From positions 90,396,001-90,460,000 of the forward strand of contig OZ024741.1 in the NCBI GenBank assembly GCA_964016885.1: a stretch of 64,000 nt of DNA. The letters run 5' to 3'. This DNA is from Eledone cirrhosa. Taxonomy: Eukaryota. How positions within the stretch are numbered: position 1 is the first letter of the stretch; each line of letters begins with the position of its first letter. The translations under genes and the position numbers were made by a program. Below the pieces are notes generated by a model. The model saw only the letters and a list, made by a program, of their open reading frames with translations, did not search any database and was not told where the DNA came from. Below are positions 51,361-64,000 of the stretch, one piece after another.

Positions 51361-53396
51361 CACATGCCTTATTGCAACGGAATACCTTCGGGGATTTTAC
51401 GACTAAATAGGCTTGAATTTTACTGCACCTATAGTGAAAATTGAGATGTGTGCTGTGCTGCAATGAGTCAAACAACCGAAATTTCAAATCCCACAGTAAA
51501 AACATTCCAGTATTTGTCCCTGGTCTATGAATTCTGAATTTAAGTCCTACCAAGGCTAACTTTGCTTTCATCATTTTGGGCGTCGATTAATAAAGTGCCT
51601 TTACGGGAGTTGATTTTTCTCTCAATTTCTCCCCTTACATTTTTTTCCGAAGAAATCGGCTGATGTCAGATCAGTAGAATAGGTTCTGCTAAATTTAAAC
51701 GTCCATACACGCCGTTTGTCTTTTTGGTGTCCCTACGATTCCCTCAAAGTTAAGAGTCCTAGGAAGGAATAAAAGAAGAAAGAAAGAAAAGTTGATTATA
51801 TTAACCCAGTGGTTTACTGACAATTTATTTTATCGAGACCGGGTGGATAAAATATAACGTCACCCTCGACGGGATTTGAACTCAGAATTTAAAAGGTTAT
51901 AATTAATACATTTTTCCTAAAACTCTACTGATTCTGCTAATATTTTCTAGATATAAAGAATATTAACATAACAAACTATATTATAAGAATCTTATGCTCC
52001 TGTATATCATATATATTTACATTATTCTTTTATGGAAATTTGGTCAGCCGTTAAAATGTATCCAAGTCTTCCTTTCATTTTATGAGATGGAACAAGTTTT
52101 ATAATATGATCTGTACTCTAGTTTGTTAAGAAATGTCCTCTAGCATAACCTTGTTGATTATGTCATGACTTCCTGGATAAATATAACATTGGCACAAGCC
52201 CAGACAGCTTCAGGAAACAGTGAATTCATCAAGAATGTTTCACTACTGAGAAGAGAAAATATATGATAAGATTATGACAATTATCATTTTCAGAATTACT
52301 CTTCGAAGAGATAGAAATCACAATACTATGTTTCTATACTTTTAGAGCCAACTAATCTCATTTAAACTCAGACTCTTGTGCTTCTATCAGATTTGACCTC
52401 CTCATCAGTAATTCCTTCAATTCCAAGTGATCCTTTAGCTGTTTATTATACCTAAAATACTTCCATCACCACTATGGAGGATCTAATAAGAACCAATTCA
52501 AATAAATTTAGTATAACGAGACAGCGATTTGGCTGAGTCGTTAGAGCGTCAGATTAGAAGCTTTGCACTACTTGTTTTGGTTTTCTGCGCTTCGAATTCA
52601 AATAACACTAAATTCAAATTTACTTTAATCCTTTCAGAGTCGATAAATAAGTAGCAATCCAGGGCGGTGGATTAGCAGGATCTTTAGATCGCCGGACAAG
52701 ATGCCTTGTGTCTGTTCCAGTACTGTGCGCTTTTAGTTCAAATCTCGCCTATTATCCCCTGGTAAAACTTCGTAAACCGTCACTTCCTATGAGATGCAGC
52801 CCCATAAAAGGCAGATAAAATCTCCGTAGATGTGAACCATAACAACTAACAACAACAGCGGCAATTAATGTTAAATAATTACAATACCATTAGGAAAATT
52901 GGTACTTTATTTCTTCTAGCACTTGTAGATTTTCATTGGATTAACCATAGAGTTCTTTTCAAGGCGACAAAATTGAAGACAAAAATATTTTGGAAAAAAA
53001 AAACAACTAATATTAGGGACATTTTTTAGCATTTGTTTTACATTTGCTGCAATTTGAACCATAACCATTAGAAGTTTATTTTAATTCTGAGTGTGTCACT
53101 CACGCCTTAAAATAGAACTAAATTTTATTTCATTTCTGTGAAAGTATTCGTATGTTGAACTAGTTCAGTTAGAATAAGGTTTGTATAATGTGTTTTCTAG
53201 CATCTTTTGTCAGTCATTTCCAAATGTCCTTCCCTTTCTCTGTATCGTTCTTATCACATCAATCTTCAAGTAGGTAACATATCAACTATCAACATTTACT
53301 GATATTATCTACACAGGGGATTTACGTCTTTGATTTTTACTTTCCATCTTCTCTGCCTCTTTATTTCTTTCTCTTTCTCCCTTCACACAAATATTC

Positions 53397-53427
<31 letters not shown>

Positions 53428-53619
53428 TGTATGTATGTATGTATGTATGTATGTATGTATGTATGTATGTATGTATATATATATATAATAATCCAAGGTC
53501 AAAAGGAAAGACTAACACAGAGAACAATTACACAAAATGGTATTAGTTTAACATTTGCGGGAAAAGGAAAACAATGTCTCACCAACGTATCGGATGTCAG
53601 CCCTTCACCAGTGAATATA

Positions 53620-53975
53620 CATACATATGATGGCTGCCGCCTCGCTATCGAGTATGTCCATTGCACGATCTAATATTATTAATAATTATAAATTAATTCT
53701 GATGCCTGTGCGTGAAGATATTTTTTAAAGTGCGGAAAGACTGTGCACTGAGCCAATCCCACTCTCTGAGCGACAGTAGCTATAACCCGAAAAGAAGAAA
53801 ATATCAACATTATCGGTAACTACCGAGTCGCAGGTTTTATACCGGAGTTATCCCAGTTTCCTGAGTTACCTTCTCCTAGAAGAATGCCCAGACAAAGGCT
53901 AGGGGTCCTTCATTCCCAGTGGTTTAACCGAACGATCGAGTATCCCGATTATTTCTATGTTCCCGCGCATATACA
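53620..53975 (-). mobile_element. Non-coding 'ctaggagaagg' family copy
   Basis: Reverse complement of 9505-9862. Confidence 0.8.
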
Positions 53976-54568
53976 TACACATACACATTATATATATATA
54001 TACATGCATAAATACATACACATATGCATTCTTCTTCTTCTTCTTGACTTGTACGAGTCGTTTAGAAAAAAACTTTTCCGTTGTATAGGAGCAATCATCC
54101 GCTGATGAAGTGCTGCAGCTCCCAGTTATGTAATGTCTGTAGATATTACATAACAACTGCGAATAACAGTTACAATTGTAACTATTGTGAGAAGATAGTA
54201 CAACAAAAACTATCTATAGTCCAGGTTCATATCACACACACACACACCCACACACCCACACACACACACATATATATATATGTAATCTGTGCCGTTTATT
54301 TACTAATAATGAAATTGTGTGCACTCGGAGTTATAGATTTGCATTTCTTATGTACAGATCTTGTAATACTATTGAGTGAATAAGTGACGACCGGGGCTGT
54401 ACTGATTCTGTTTAGCTAGTTTTGTAAACCATATATAAGAAAAGAGATATTTAATTTGCTGCTAATTCAACAAATATATTTATAACAGATTCGAAGCACT
54501 CTACATGTTTTCTGGAGTATAATATCAATGATATTAATAAATGGAAACTATATTTATAAAACCATATT

Positions 54569-54629
54569 TATTTTATTATATATATTTCAAGGGTACCAAC
54601 ATTTTAGTACGTTCTCATCAGATAAAATA
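54569..54629 (-). ncRNA. Minimal type I hammerhead ribozyme (family A)
   Basis: Minus strand: tattttat CTGATGA gaacgtactaa-aatg-ttggtaccctt GAAA tatata TA | ataaaata. Confidence 0.68.
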
Positions 54630-54810
54630 CAAAATTTGTTTTATAAATGGTGACATACCCAAGAAACCTAACCTTATCGGTTCAGGTTCAGTTTGAACCG
54701 ATAACTGAACCTGAACCGATAAGGTCTGGTTTCTTGGGTATGTCAACATTTATAAAACAAATTTTGTATTTTATCTGATGAGGGCGTACCAAATTTTGGT
54801 ACCCTTGAAA

Positions 54811-55271
54811 TCTAAACTATAATAAAGGAAGGTCTGCGGGATTGCGTACGGTTTATTTTTTTTATCCTGTTTGTAAAATAAGTTGGATTACTTTGAATAA
54901 ATAATGAATGAATATTACATAATTTATCTACAAAATTTCGTGGCTGTTTATTAAATATATTTTATTATTTATTTAAAGATTCACTTCTTTAAAATTTTCA
55001 AATGTGAACACTTCCGGTGGAGATCGCTTAAATAAACATACTTTTTTTCTGTCACTAATTTTCTCCTAATGCAGTTTATATATAATATCGTCTTTTTTAG
55101 TGTATCATGGATTACGTTACTGATTACATAACGCAGTCTTCGTTCAATTTCTGTGTAATTTCGATTTTATTTGATGTATCATATCAACATGTATATATAC
55201 TTGCGTATAATATCAATATACACACTACACATGCTAGCAGAAAACCACCCGAAGGGTGGTTTTTCTGCTAG
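54811..55271 (+). mobile_element. Complete non-autonomous Helitron (461 bp)
   Basis: Starts TC, ends CTAG, inserted between A and T with no TSD; subterminal hairpin ctagcagaaaaccaccc-gaa-gggtggtttttctgctag; the empty site is defined by the palindrome's other arm. Confidence 0.88.
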
Positions 55272-55328
55272 TATATATAATAAAATAAATATGGTTTTAT
55301 AAATATAGTTTCCATTTATTAATATCAT

Positions 55329-55392
<64 letters not shown>

Positions 55393-55399
<7 letters not shown>

Positions 55400-55810
55400 T
55401 TGGTGCTCTGAAATAGCGATATATATATGAATGTATATATGAATGTATATATATATGAATGTATATATGAATGTATATATGAATGTATTTTGCAATATAC
55501 TGTATACTTAATTAAAAGCATTTTCAAGACCTTACGCTATTGTTTTAAAGTAGTGACTATATCAAACAAAGGGAGATAAGCTGACAGTACGCATACAGTG
55601 TATTGCAAAATACACTATATATACATTCATATATATATATATATCGCTATGTTAGAGCCCCAATTCTAATTTTCAATTTTTGCTGGACCGGCAACCGCTC
55701 TGTATAATCAGTTCCTGATTATTACTGGAATTCTATAAGAATCCAACATTCATAATTTTCAGCAAGCAAAGGGAGTACTAAGCTCTGAGGAGTACCAACA
55801 GTACGAAACC
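55393..55810. mobile_element. Fold-back HHR element, family B, rearranged; canonical core at 55785-55808
   Basis: aagct CTGAGGA gtac-caaca-gtac GAAA, truncated after GAAA; the matching 3' half (ctgTC agctt..ctccctttg) lies inverted at 55567-55590. Confidence 0.75.
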
Positions 55811-55979
55811 AACAAAAATCTCATCCCACACGTGTACCCAGAACAAACAACAGGAAGACACAGTAAATATATATCGTTTAATGTATGAGTGTGTATGTGT
55901 GCATCCGTATGCAAATGAGGATGTGTGACGCGTTTGTTTTCCTTTAATATTTCTAAGTGGTGTTTTCTTTTATTGTTAC

Positions 55980-57062
55980 GTAATTTACAATCTGAATTCA
56001 AATCCCAACGAGGTTAGCTTTGCCTTTCATCCTTACAGGGTCGATAACATAAAGTACCAGTAACGCACTGGGGTCGATTTAATTGACTTTCCGCTCCCCA
56101 AAATTGATGGCCTTCTGCTTAGAAATCCCGCCGAGGTTAACTTTGCCTTTCATCATTATGGGGGCGATAAAATAAAGTACCAGTAATACCCTGGGATAAT
56201 TGCTAGCCTTGCGCCAAAAGTAGAAACAATTATTACGTAATAAGTAAAAAAGGATAAATAGATATGTAGACAGGCAGAGATTACATAGATACATAGGGAG
56301 ATAGATAGATAGATAGAGAGTGAGGTGATAGTTAGTGTGACAGACACACATCTAAAAGGAAGTTTACATATATAAACTACAGCAATTACTCATCATTGTG
56401 TATGACTTTATAGCATTTACTACATTTATCATATAAACCATATATCTAATAATATATTAAATTATGCATTAAGCAGCCGAAGCATACATTATATGTATAT
56501 CTTTATAAATCTAACATGTCTACGTGATTATATACCCAATATGTGTATAATTATATATACATTTACGCAGTCTCAGTAAAACTCTGTACTGCATATGTAC
56601 AGATTAAGTGTAACGTCTACTATCCAAGTGTGTCGCGGGGAGATTTGAACTCAAAATGTAAAGAGCTTGAACAACCCCACATGACATTATGTCCGATGCT
56701 CTAAAGATTTCGTCAGTTCACTGCCCAAGACCGGTACTTTATTTATATAATCTAGAAGGATGAAAAGTAAAGTTTATCTCGGCGGGATATGAACTCAAAT
56801 TATAGTTTTACCCTAGCAGAGATTATGATTTTATCCTACCAGAATAAGTTTTCCAACACTTCCACTAATAATTGTTTCTACTTTTGGCACAAGGCCAGCA
56901 AATTCTCCAGTACATTACTGGTACTTTATTTTATCGACCCCGTAAGGGTGAAAGGCACAGTTAAACTCGACTGGAGTTGAACTCAGAATGTTAAGGGACA
57001 TAACTCTATGCTGCAAAGCATGGTGTCTGACGCTCTACCGATACTGCCCCCAATCCCCCGCC
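55980..57062. mobile_element. SINE cluster: + copies 55980-56230, - copies 56630-56800 and 56868-57062
   Basis: SINE core on both strands, forming an inverted pair about 640 bp apart. Confidence 0.8.
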
Positions 57063-57765
57063 CTTTCCATTAATAATAGTAGTTTCACTTAATAGAAGTT
57101 TCGTTGTATTTATTACTACTGGTGACAAAATATGAATAATTTCTCGAATGATATTAAATCTAAAAATATCACTTTATTACAGATTATATATCACATATTA
57201 AAGCTACCCCGATATTCCAATAAGTTGATGACACAGAGTCTAGTTTTTGACTCGTTAATGAGCAAGTGTTAGTCATGTAAAGGAATATCTACGTGATCAT
57301 TCGACCAAATAGCAAGAGTTGCCAAACCTTTAAATTACGCCCTAACGTCAAATAAAAGATGGTACTTTTGATAATATAGTTCTTTATATAGCAGCCAATG
57401 GGAGACCCTCTGTATAGTATCGTTCGTATCCTACTATTTTAGAGGAAAATGAAAACATTGTAGTCTGTGATGCATTATATCTGCAAGAAAGGCAATGTGA
57501 GCAAAACATTGAGATATATCAGGGTTTTTTTTAAGGAAATTTCAGTGCTGCCCAGATCTTTGAAACAGATGCCAGGGCCCATTATTTTACCGAATGTTTT
57601 ATATTCTCTGAGTCTTAGAACCATTTGTAATGTTTTTTGTTTGTTTAAGTCATTAAGTTTGTTTGTCATTTAAGAATGATTTACACAAATTTAAACTTAC
57701 TGCGCAAAATTAGATTTAGAACAGCACAAGCATGGGTCAACTGACGTCAAAATAATTACAGTATG

Positions 57766-57796
<31 letters not shown>

Positions 57797-57803
57797 GTAT
57801 ATG

Positions 57804-57900
<97 letters not shown>

Positions 57901-57982
57901 GTTATTCCGGGTTGAATCGGAGGTAACCACAGTAAGTAAGGTACTCAATACATTGCAGAGTATACAAGTTTTAATATAGATG

Positions 57983-58033
57983 AGATTCTACAGGACTAGA
58001 ACTGTTTCATTCTTTAGAAATCATCAGGAATCT
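57983..58033 (-). ncRNA. Type I hammerhead ribozyme (family D, minus copy)
   Basis: Exact reverse complement of 60365-60415; within arm 57968-58190, which is inverted at 60200-60430. Confidence 0.72.
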
Positions 58034-58697
58034 GGGTATCAAAAAATAAATTTGGTATTTATAGGTCTCTACAAGTGGTAGGAGAGGGTGGGGAGTGGGA
58101 TGGGTGTAGGTCATTGGTTGATAGAAAAGGGAATTCATTAAAAGCTAATTCTACAAAGCTATAGTTTATTTTTATTTTTATTTATTTTTGTTTTTAGAGT
58201 AACAAAGGCAGACAGAATTCTATAAACAGGTTCAGGATGGCATGCCACTCCTTATTATTAAGTTTCTCTTAAGCTAACAGGTGTCTATAAGATCAGTGGG
58301 GGGTCAGTCATGGTAGATAGATTTAAAGGAAAGGGAGATTCTTTAAAAGCTAAATTCATTAAGGTTCTACTAAGTGACAAAGGTTTAGAGAATTCTGTAG
58401 ACAAATTCAAAATATTGAGCGCATATCTTACAATTATCTTCAAATTTCTCTTAAACTATTCAACTATATGCCAAAAATCAACAGACACATTCACAAAACA
58501 CACTCACTCACACACTCGCGCGCACCCATAAACACACATACACATACACATATACACACATATCCACACACACATATAAATATATTTATATATATATATA
58601 TACATATATACATATACATACACACACATACATACACACATATATATGTATATATATATATAAGTATATATATATACATACATATACATACACACAC

Positions 58698-58732
<35 letters not shown>

Positions 58733-59591
58733 TATACACATATATAAGGAAACATTGAACGGGAACAAAACAGAGGGGCAGAACAAACAAATGTTTATTA
58801 ATTTCACGCTCTTGAGAGTGGGGTCACACACACACACACACATATATATATATACACACACATACACCATACATACATATATTCATATATATACATACAC
58901 ATATATATATATATATACATATATATATTACCCACACGCGAAATTGACTTCTAACCAAATCTCCAAACATCCGTGGAACTTACCAACTTTTCAACCATCC
59001 TCTTACATCATCACCTATATAACTCACCCCCCCCAATTTTTTTCTATCCACACGCCACCCACACCCACAACACGCTTAAACCAAACACACGTGCTTCCCA
59101 CCACATATTTACACCCTCAGCCTCCTGATTCCTCTCCCCCCCACCCCCCTATCCACACACGCACAGACACTCCGACCCACAAAAACACCCCCCACACACA
59201 CCTTCCTGAACATGCAACCCCGTTCTTCCCCCAACCCTCACTTTCACATACACACACACACACACACACACGCACACCTAACCACACACACCACCTTCAG
59301 CCCTCCCCGCTCGGACACCCCGTCTCCCTCTCCCCACTCCACCCGCCACCACCCCTACTCACCCCACACCCTTCCACCACCTGTTTACCCCCCTTTTAAT
59401 TTCAGTTTATTTTGATCATGCCTTTATTTTTAAATTTTCTCATTCCTTGTATTTTGATCATGCTTTATTTTTATTTATTATATTTTTTGTCTTTATTTGT
59501 TAATTTTTCATTCGCACCGTTTCCTTTCGCTATATGTCTCTCCACCACTCCCCTACACACCTTTTGAACTCTGTTCCCACACACTTCTCAC

Positions 59592-59619
59592 CTGAAGAAG
59601 GGCTTATGCCCGAAACGTC
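59592..59619 (+). ncRNA. Hammerhead core (family E), stem I lost
   Basis: CTGAAGA a gggc-ttat-gccc GAAA cGTC; the downstream segment 59635-59707 is inverted at 58748-58823. Confidence 0.6.
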
Positions 59620-59782
59620 GTCCCCCACCTACCCCCCACTCTCCTGAGCGTGAATTTAATAAACATTTATTGTACTGCCTCTCTGTTCTGTCCCTGTTCA
59701 ATTTTTCATTATATATATATATACACACATATACATATATATATACATATATACACACATACATACACATACACATACACAC

Positions 59783-59840
<58 letters not shown>

Positions 59841-59888
59841 ACACACTCACACATACATATAAATACATACATACACATACATATACAC

Positions 59889-59941
<53 letters not shown>

Positions 59942-60046
59942 TACACACACACACACACACATATATATATACGCACACACATCTCTATATATATATATAT
60001 ATATACACACACATATATACATACACATACACACATATATATATAT

Positions 60047-60077
<31 letters not shown>

Positions 60078-60094
60078 CACATACACACATATAC

Positions 60095-60143
<49 letters not shown>

Positions 60144-60364
60144 TACACACACACATATACATACACACATACACACATACATACATACATATATATATAA
60201 AACAAAATAAAAACAAAAATAAATAAAAATAAACTATAGCTTTGTAGAATTAGCTTTTAATGAATTCCCTTTTCTATCAACCAATGCCCTACACCCATCC
60301 CACTCCCCACCCTCTCCTACCACTTGTAGAGACCTATAAATACCATACTTATTTTTTGATACCC

Positions 60365-60415
60365 AGATTCCTGATGATTTCTAAAGAATGAAACAGTTCT
60401 AGTCCTGTAGAATCT
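60365..60415 (+). ncRNA. Type I hammerhead ribozyme (family D, plus copy)
   Basis: agattc CTGATGA t-ttc-taaa-gaa-t GAAA cag-ttctagtc-ctg TA | gaatct; 6-bp stem I, 4-bp stem III, weak stem II. Confidence 0.72.
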
Positions 60416-60430
60416 CATCTATATTAAAAC

Positions 60431-60461
<31 letters not shown>

Positions 60462-60541
60462 GTGAGGTTTTTTTTACAAAATGAAAAATAACCGAGGTGT
60501 CCTACACGTGAGAAAAACCACAGACCCTCCATCTCAACTCA

Positions 60542-60579
60542 CCTTTTGAAAAGCTGAAGAACTGCGAAACCGGTAAAGG
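60542..60579 (+). ncRNA. Minimal hammerhead, UUGAAAA core variant (family F)
   Basis: cctt TTGAAAA gctg-aagaa-ctgc GAAA ccgg TA | aagg; followed by aataaa. Confidence 0.55.
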
Positions 60580-60687
60580 AACCAAATAAATATATATATT
60601 TAAAAAAAAAAAAAAAAAAAAAAATAAGACTTCAGTTGCATTTTCGATTTCATCTCTTTTTATATATATATATACATACTGTATATA

Positions 60688-60753
<66 letters not shown>

Positions 60754-60821
60754 AAGTCAAATATTTAAAATTTGGCTTCGTTTATCGTAGTAAACAACCA
60801 ACATATACTCAATATATCATC

Positions 60822-62319
<1,498 letters not shown>

Positions 62320-62348
62320 GGTTACCTCCGATTCAACCCGGAATAACG

Positions 62349-62382
<34 letters not shown>

Positions 62383-62437
62383 AATATATATATATAAATA
62401 TATAAATATATATATAAATATATATATAAATATATAA

Positions 62438-62559
<122 letters not shown>

Positions 62560-62776
62560 TCCATATACTGTACCGAATGTGTTGTTATTTCTGTTTACCT
62601 TTTACATACCACACACACACACAAATATATATATATATATACATGTAGAAGTTCTATTTAAATTGTTGGGATACAACGAGCAAATATTTTTATAACTGAT
62701 ATAAAGCACTCAACAAATTATTGGAGTAAAAATACGATATATATACAAATGGAAACTATATTCATAAAACCATATT

Positions 62777-62841
62777 TATTTCATTATACATATTTCAAGG
62801 ACACCAAGTTAAATTATGGTGTGCTTTCATCAGATAAAATA
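62777..62841 (-). ncRNA. Minimal type I hammerhead ribozyme (family A, minus copy)
   Basis: Reverse complement of 62976-63040. Confidence 0.72.
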
Positions 62842-62975
62842 TAATATAGAGCAGTTTTATAAATAAATATTGCCATACCCTTAAAGAATGCGACTATTTC
62901 TGTTGGAAGCTCCCGGATAGTGGTCGCATTCTTTAAGGGTATGCCAATATTTATTTATATAACTGCTCTATATTA

Positions 62976-63040
62976 TATTTTATCTGATGAAAGCACACCA
63001 TAATTTAACTTGGTGTCCTTGAAATATGTATAATGAAATA
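62976..63040 (+). ncRNA. Minimal type I hammerhead ribozyme (family A, plus copy)
   Basis: tattttat CTGATGA aagcacacca-taatttaact-tggtgtcctt GAAA tatgta TA | atgaaata. Confidence 0.72.
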
Positions 63041-63336
63041 AATATGGTTTTATAAATATAGTTTCCATTTGTTAATATATCGTATATATATATATATATT
63101 TATACATATATACATACATATATGTATATATATATGTATATATGTATATATATGTATATATAACATACACATATATATATACATATATATATATACATAT
63201 ACATATATACATATATACATATATATATATATACATATACATATATACATATATATATATACACATATATACAAATATATATACACATATATACACATAT
63301 ATATATACATATGCATATATATATATACATATACTA

Positions 63337-63563
63337 ATAATAATAAATTTGAAGACTAAAATCCATAGAGGGCTCGATAAGGATAAATATATATCAAATA
63401 TATAAGAACCGTAGAGCAAATATTTATTAAAATAACACATTAAAGTTTAAGCAAAGAATCGCTGCTTTCACCCTTAACGGGATCTTCTGAAACTCAGAAG
63501 ATCCCGTTAAGGGTGAAAGCAGCGATTCTTTGCTTAAACTTTAATCTGTTATTTTAATAAATA
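63337..63563. mobile_element. Fold-back element, family G (related to 47940-48050)
   Basis: Palindrome 63421-63563 with about 70-bp arms (inner about 52 bp perfect) and a 3-nt loop; left extension is the reverse complement of 47941-48050. Confidence 0.85.
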
Positions 63564-63604
63564 TATATACACACATATATATATATATATATACACATAT
63601 ATGC

Positions 63605-63685
<81 letters not shown>

Positions 63686-63721
63686 TGTGTGTGTGTGTGT
63701 GCATACGATGGTTTGTACACA

Positions 63722-63763
<42 letters not shown>

Positions 63764-63778
63764 AATATATATATAATA

Positions 63779-63814
<36 letters not shown>

Positions 63815-64000
63815 CACACAAGCCTATTTCCGGATTTTCTCTGCTAATTGAAAAGCCAGTTTCAACACTGTAATGTACTCTGAGATTTACTTTGTTTATA
63901 TTTCAGCACTAACCATTTTTGAACATATATATTCATTTATTATTTTTACTTCGTTTTTGCAACAGATTTTTAAATAAATTTAGAACTTAGTGATTACAGA

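Larger units (their letters stand above)
54465..55333. mobile_element. Fold-back HHR element, family A variant, right arm split by a Helitron
   Basis: Palindrome centred near 54697; right arm continues at 55272 after a 461-bp insert. Confidence 0.88.
62645..63085. mobile_element. Intact fold-back HHR element, family A
   Basis: About 170-bp arms centred near 62908; (TA)n on both sides. Confidence 0.92.

Noticed and set aside
58755-59399. 214-aa Pro/His/Thr-rich ORF
   Set aside because: Low-complexity C/A-rich tract inside a nested repeat; no splice or domain evidence.

Overview
Eukaryotic, AT-rich, microsatellite- and transposon-dense genomic DNA. The SINE families and (TA)n/(CA)n load suggest a mollusc, probably octopus; this is an inference. 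The only host gene is a + strand 11-beta-hydroxysteroid dehydrogenase 1-like SDR: five coding exons from 2505 to 20857 with consistent GT-AG phases, the 5' exon(s) not seen. The rest is decayed non-LTR retroelements (R4/Dong-like, CRE-like, RTE, Tx1/L1-like), a Penelope-like (PLE) GIY-YIG fragment, about 20 tRNA-derived SINEs, a hAT MITE and non-autonomous Helitron-like elements. The main hidden signal, invisible in the ORF track, is about a dozen intact or nearly intact type I hammerhead ribozyme (HHR) motifs plus several decayed ones. They belong to at least seven unrelated non-coding repeat families. Most sit in fold-back or inverted-repeat units embedded in (TA)n tracts, often one ribozyme per strand. 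They include a C3U/G8A covarying core, a U4C core variant, one copy split by a precise Helitron insertion and one copy lying sense in an intron of the host gene. All structures were paired by eye; no folding or database search was run.
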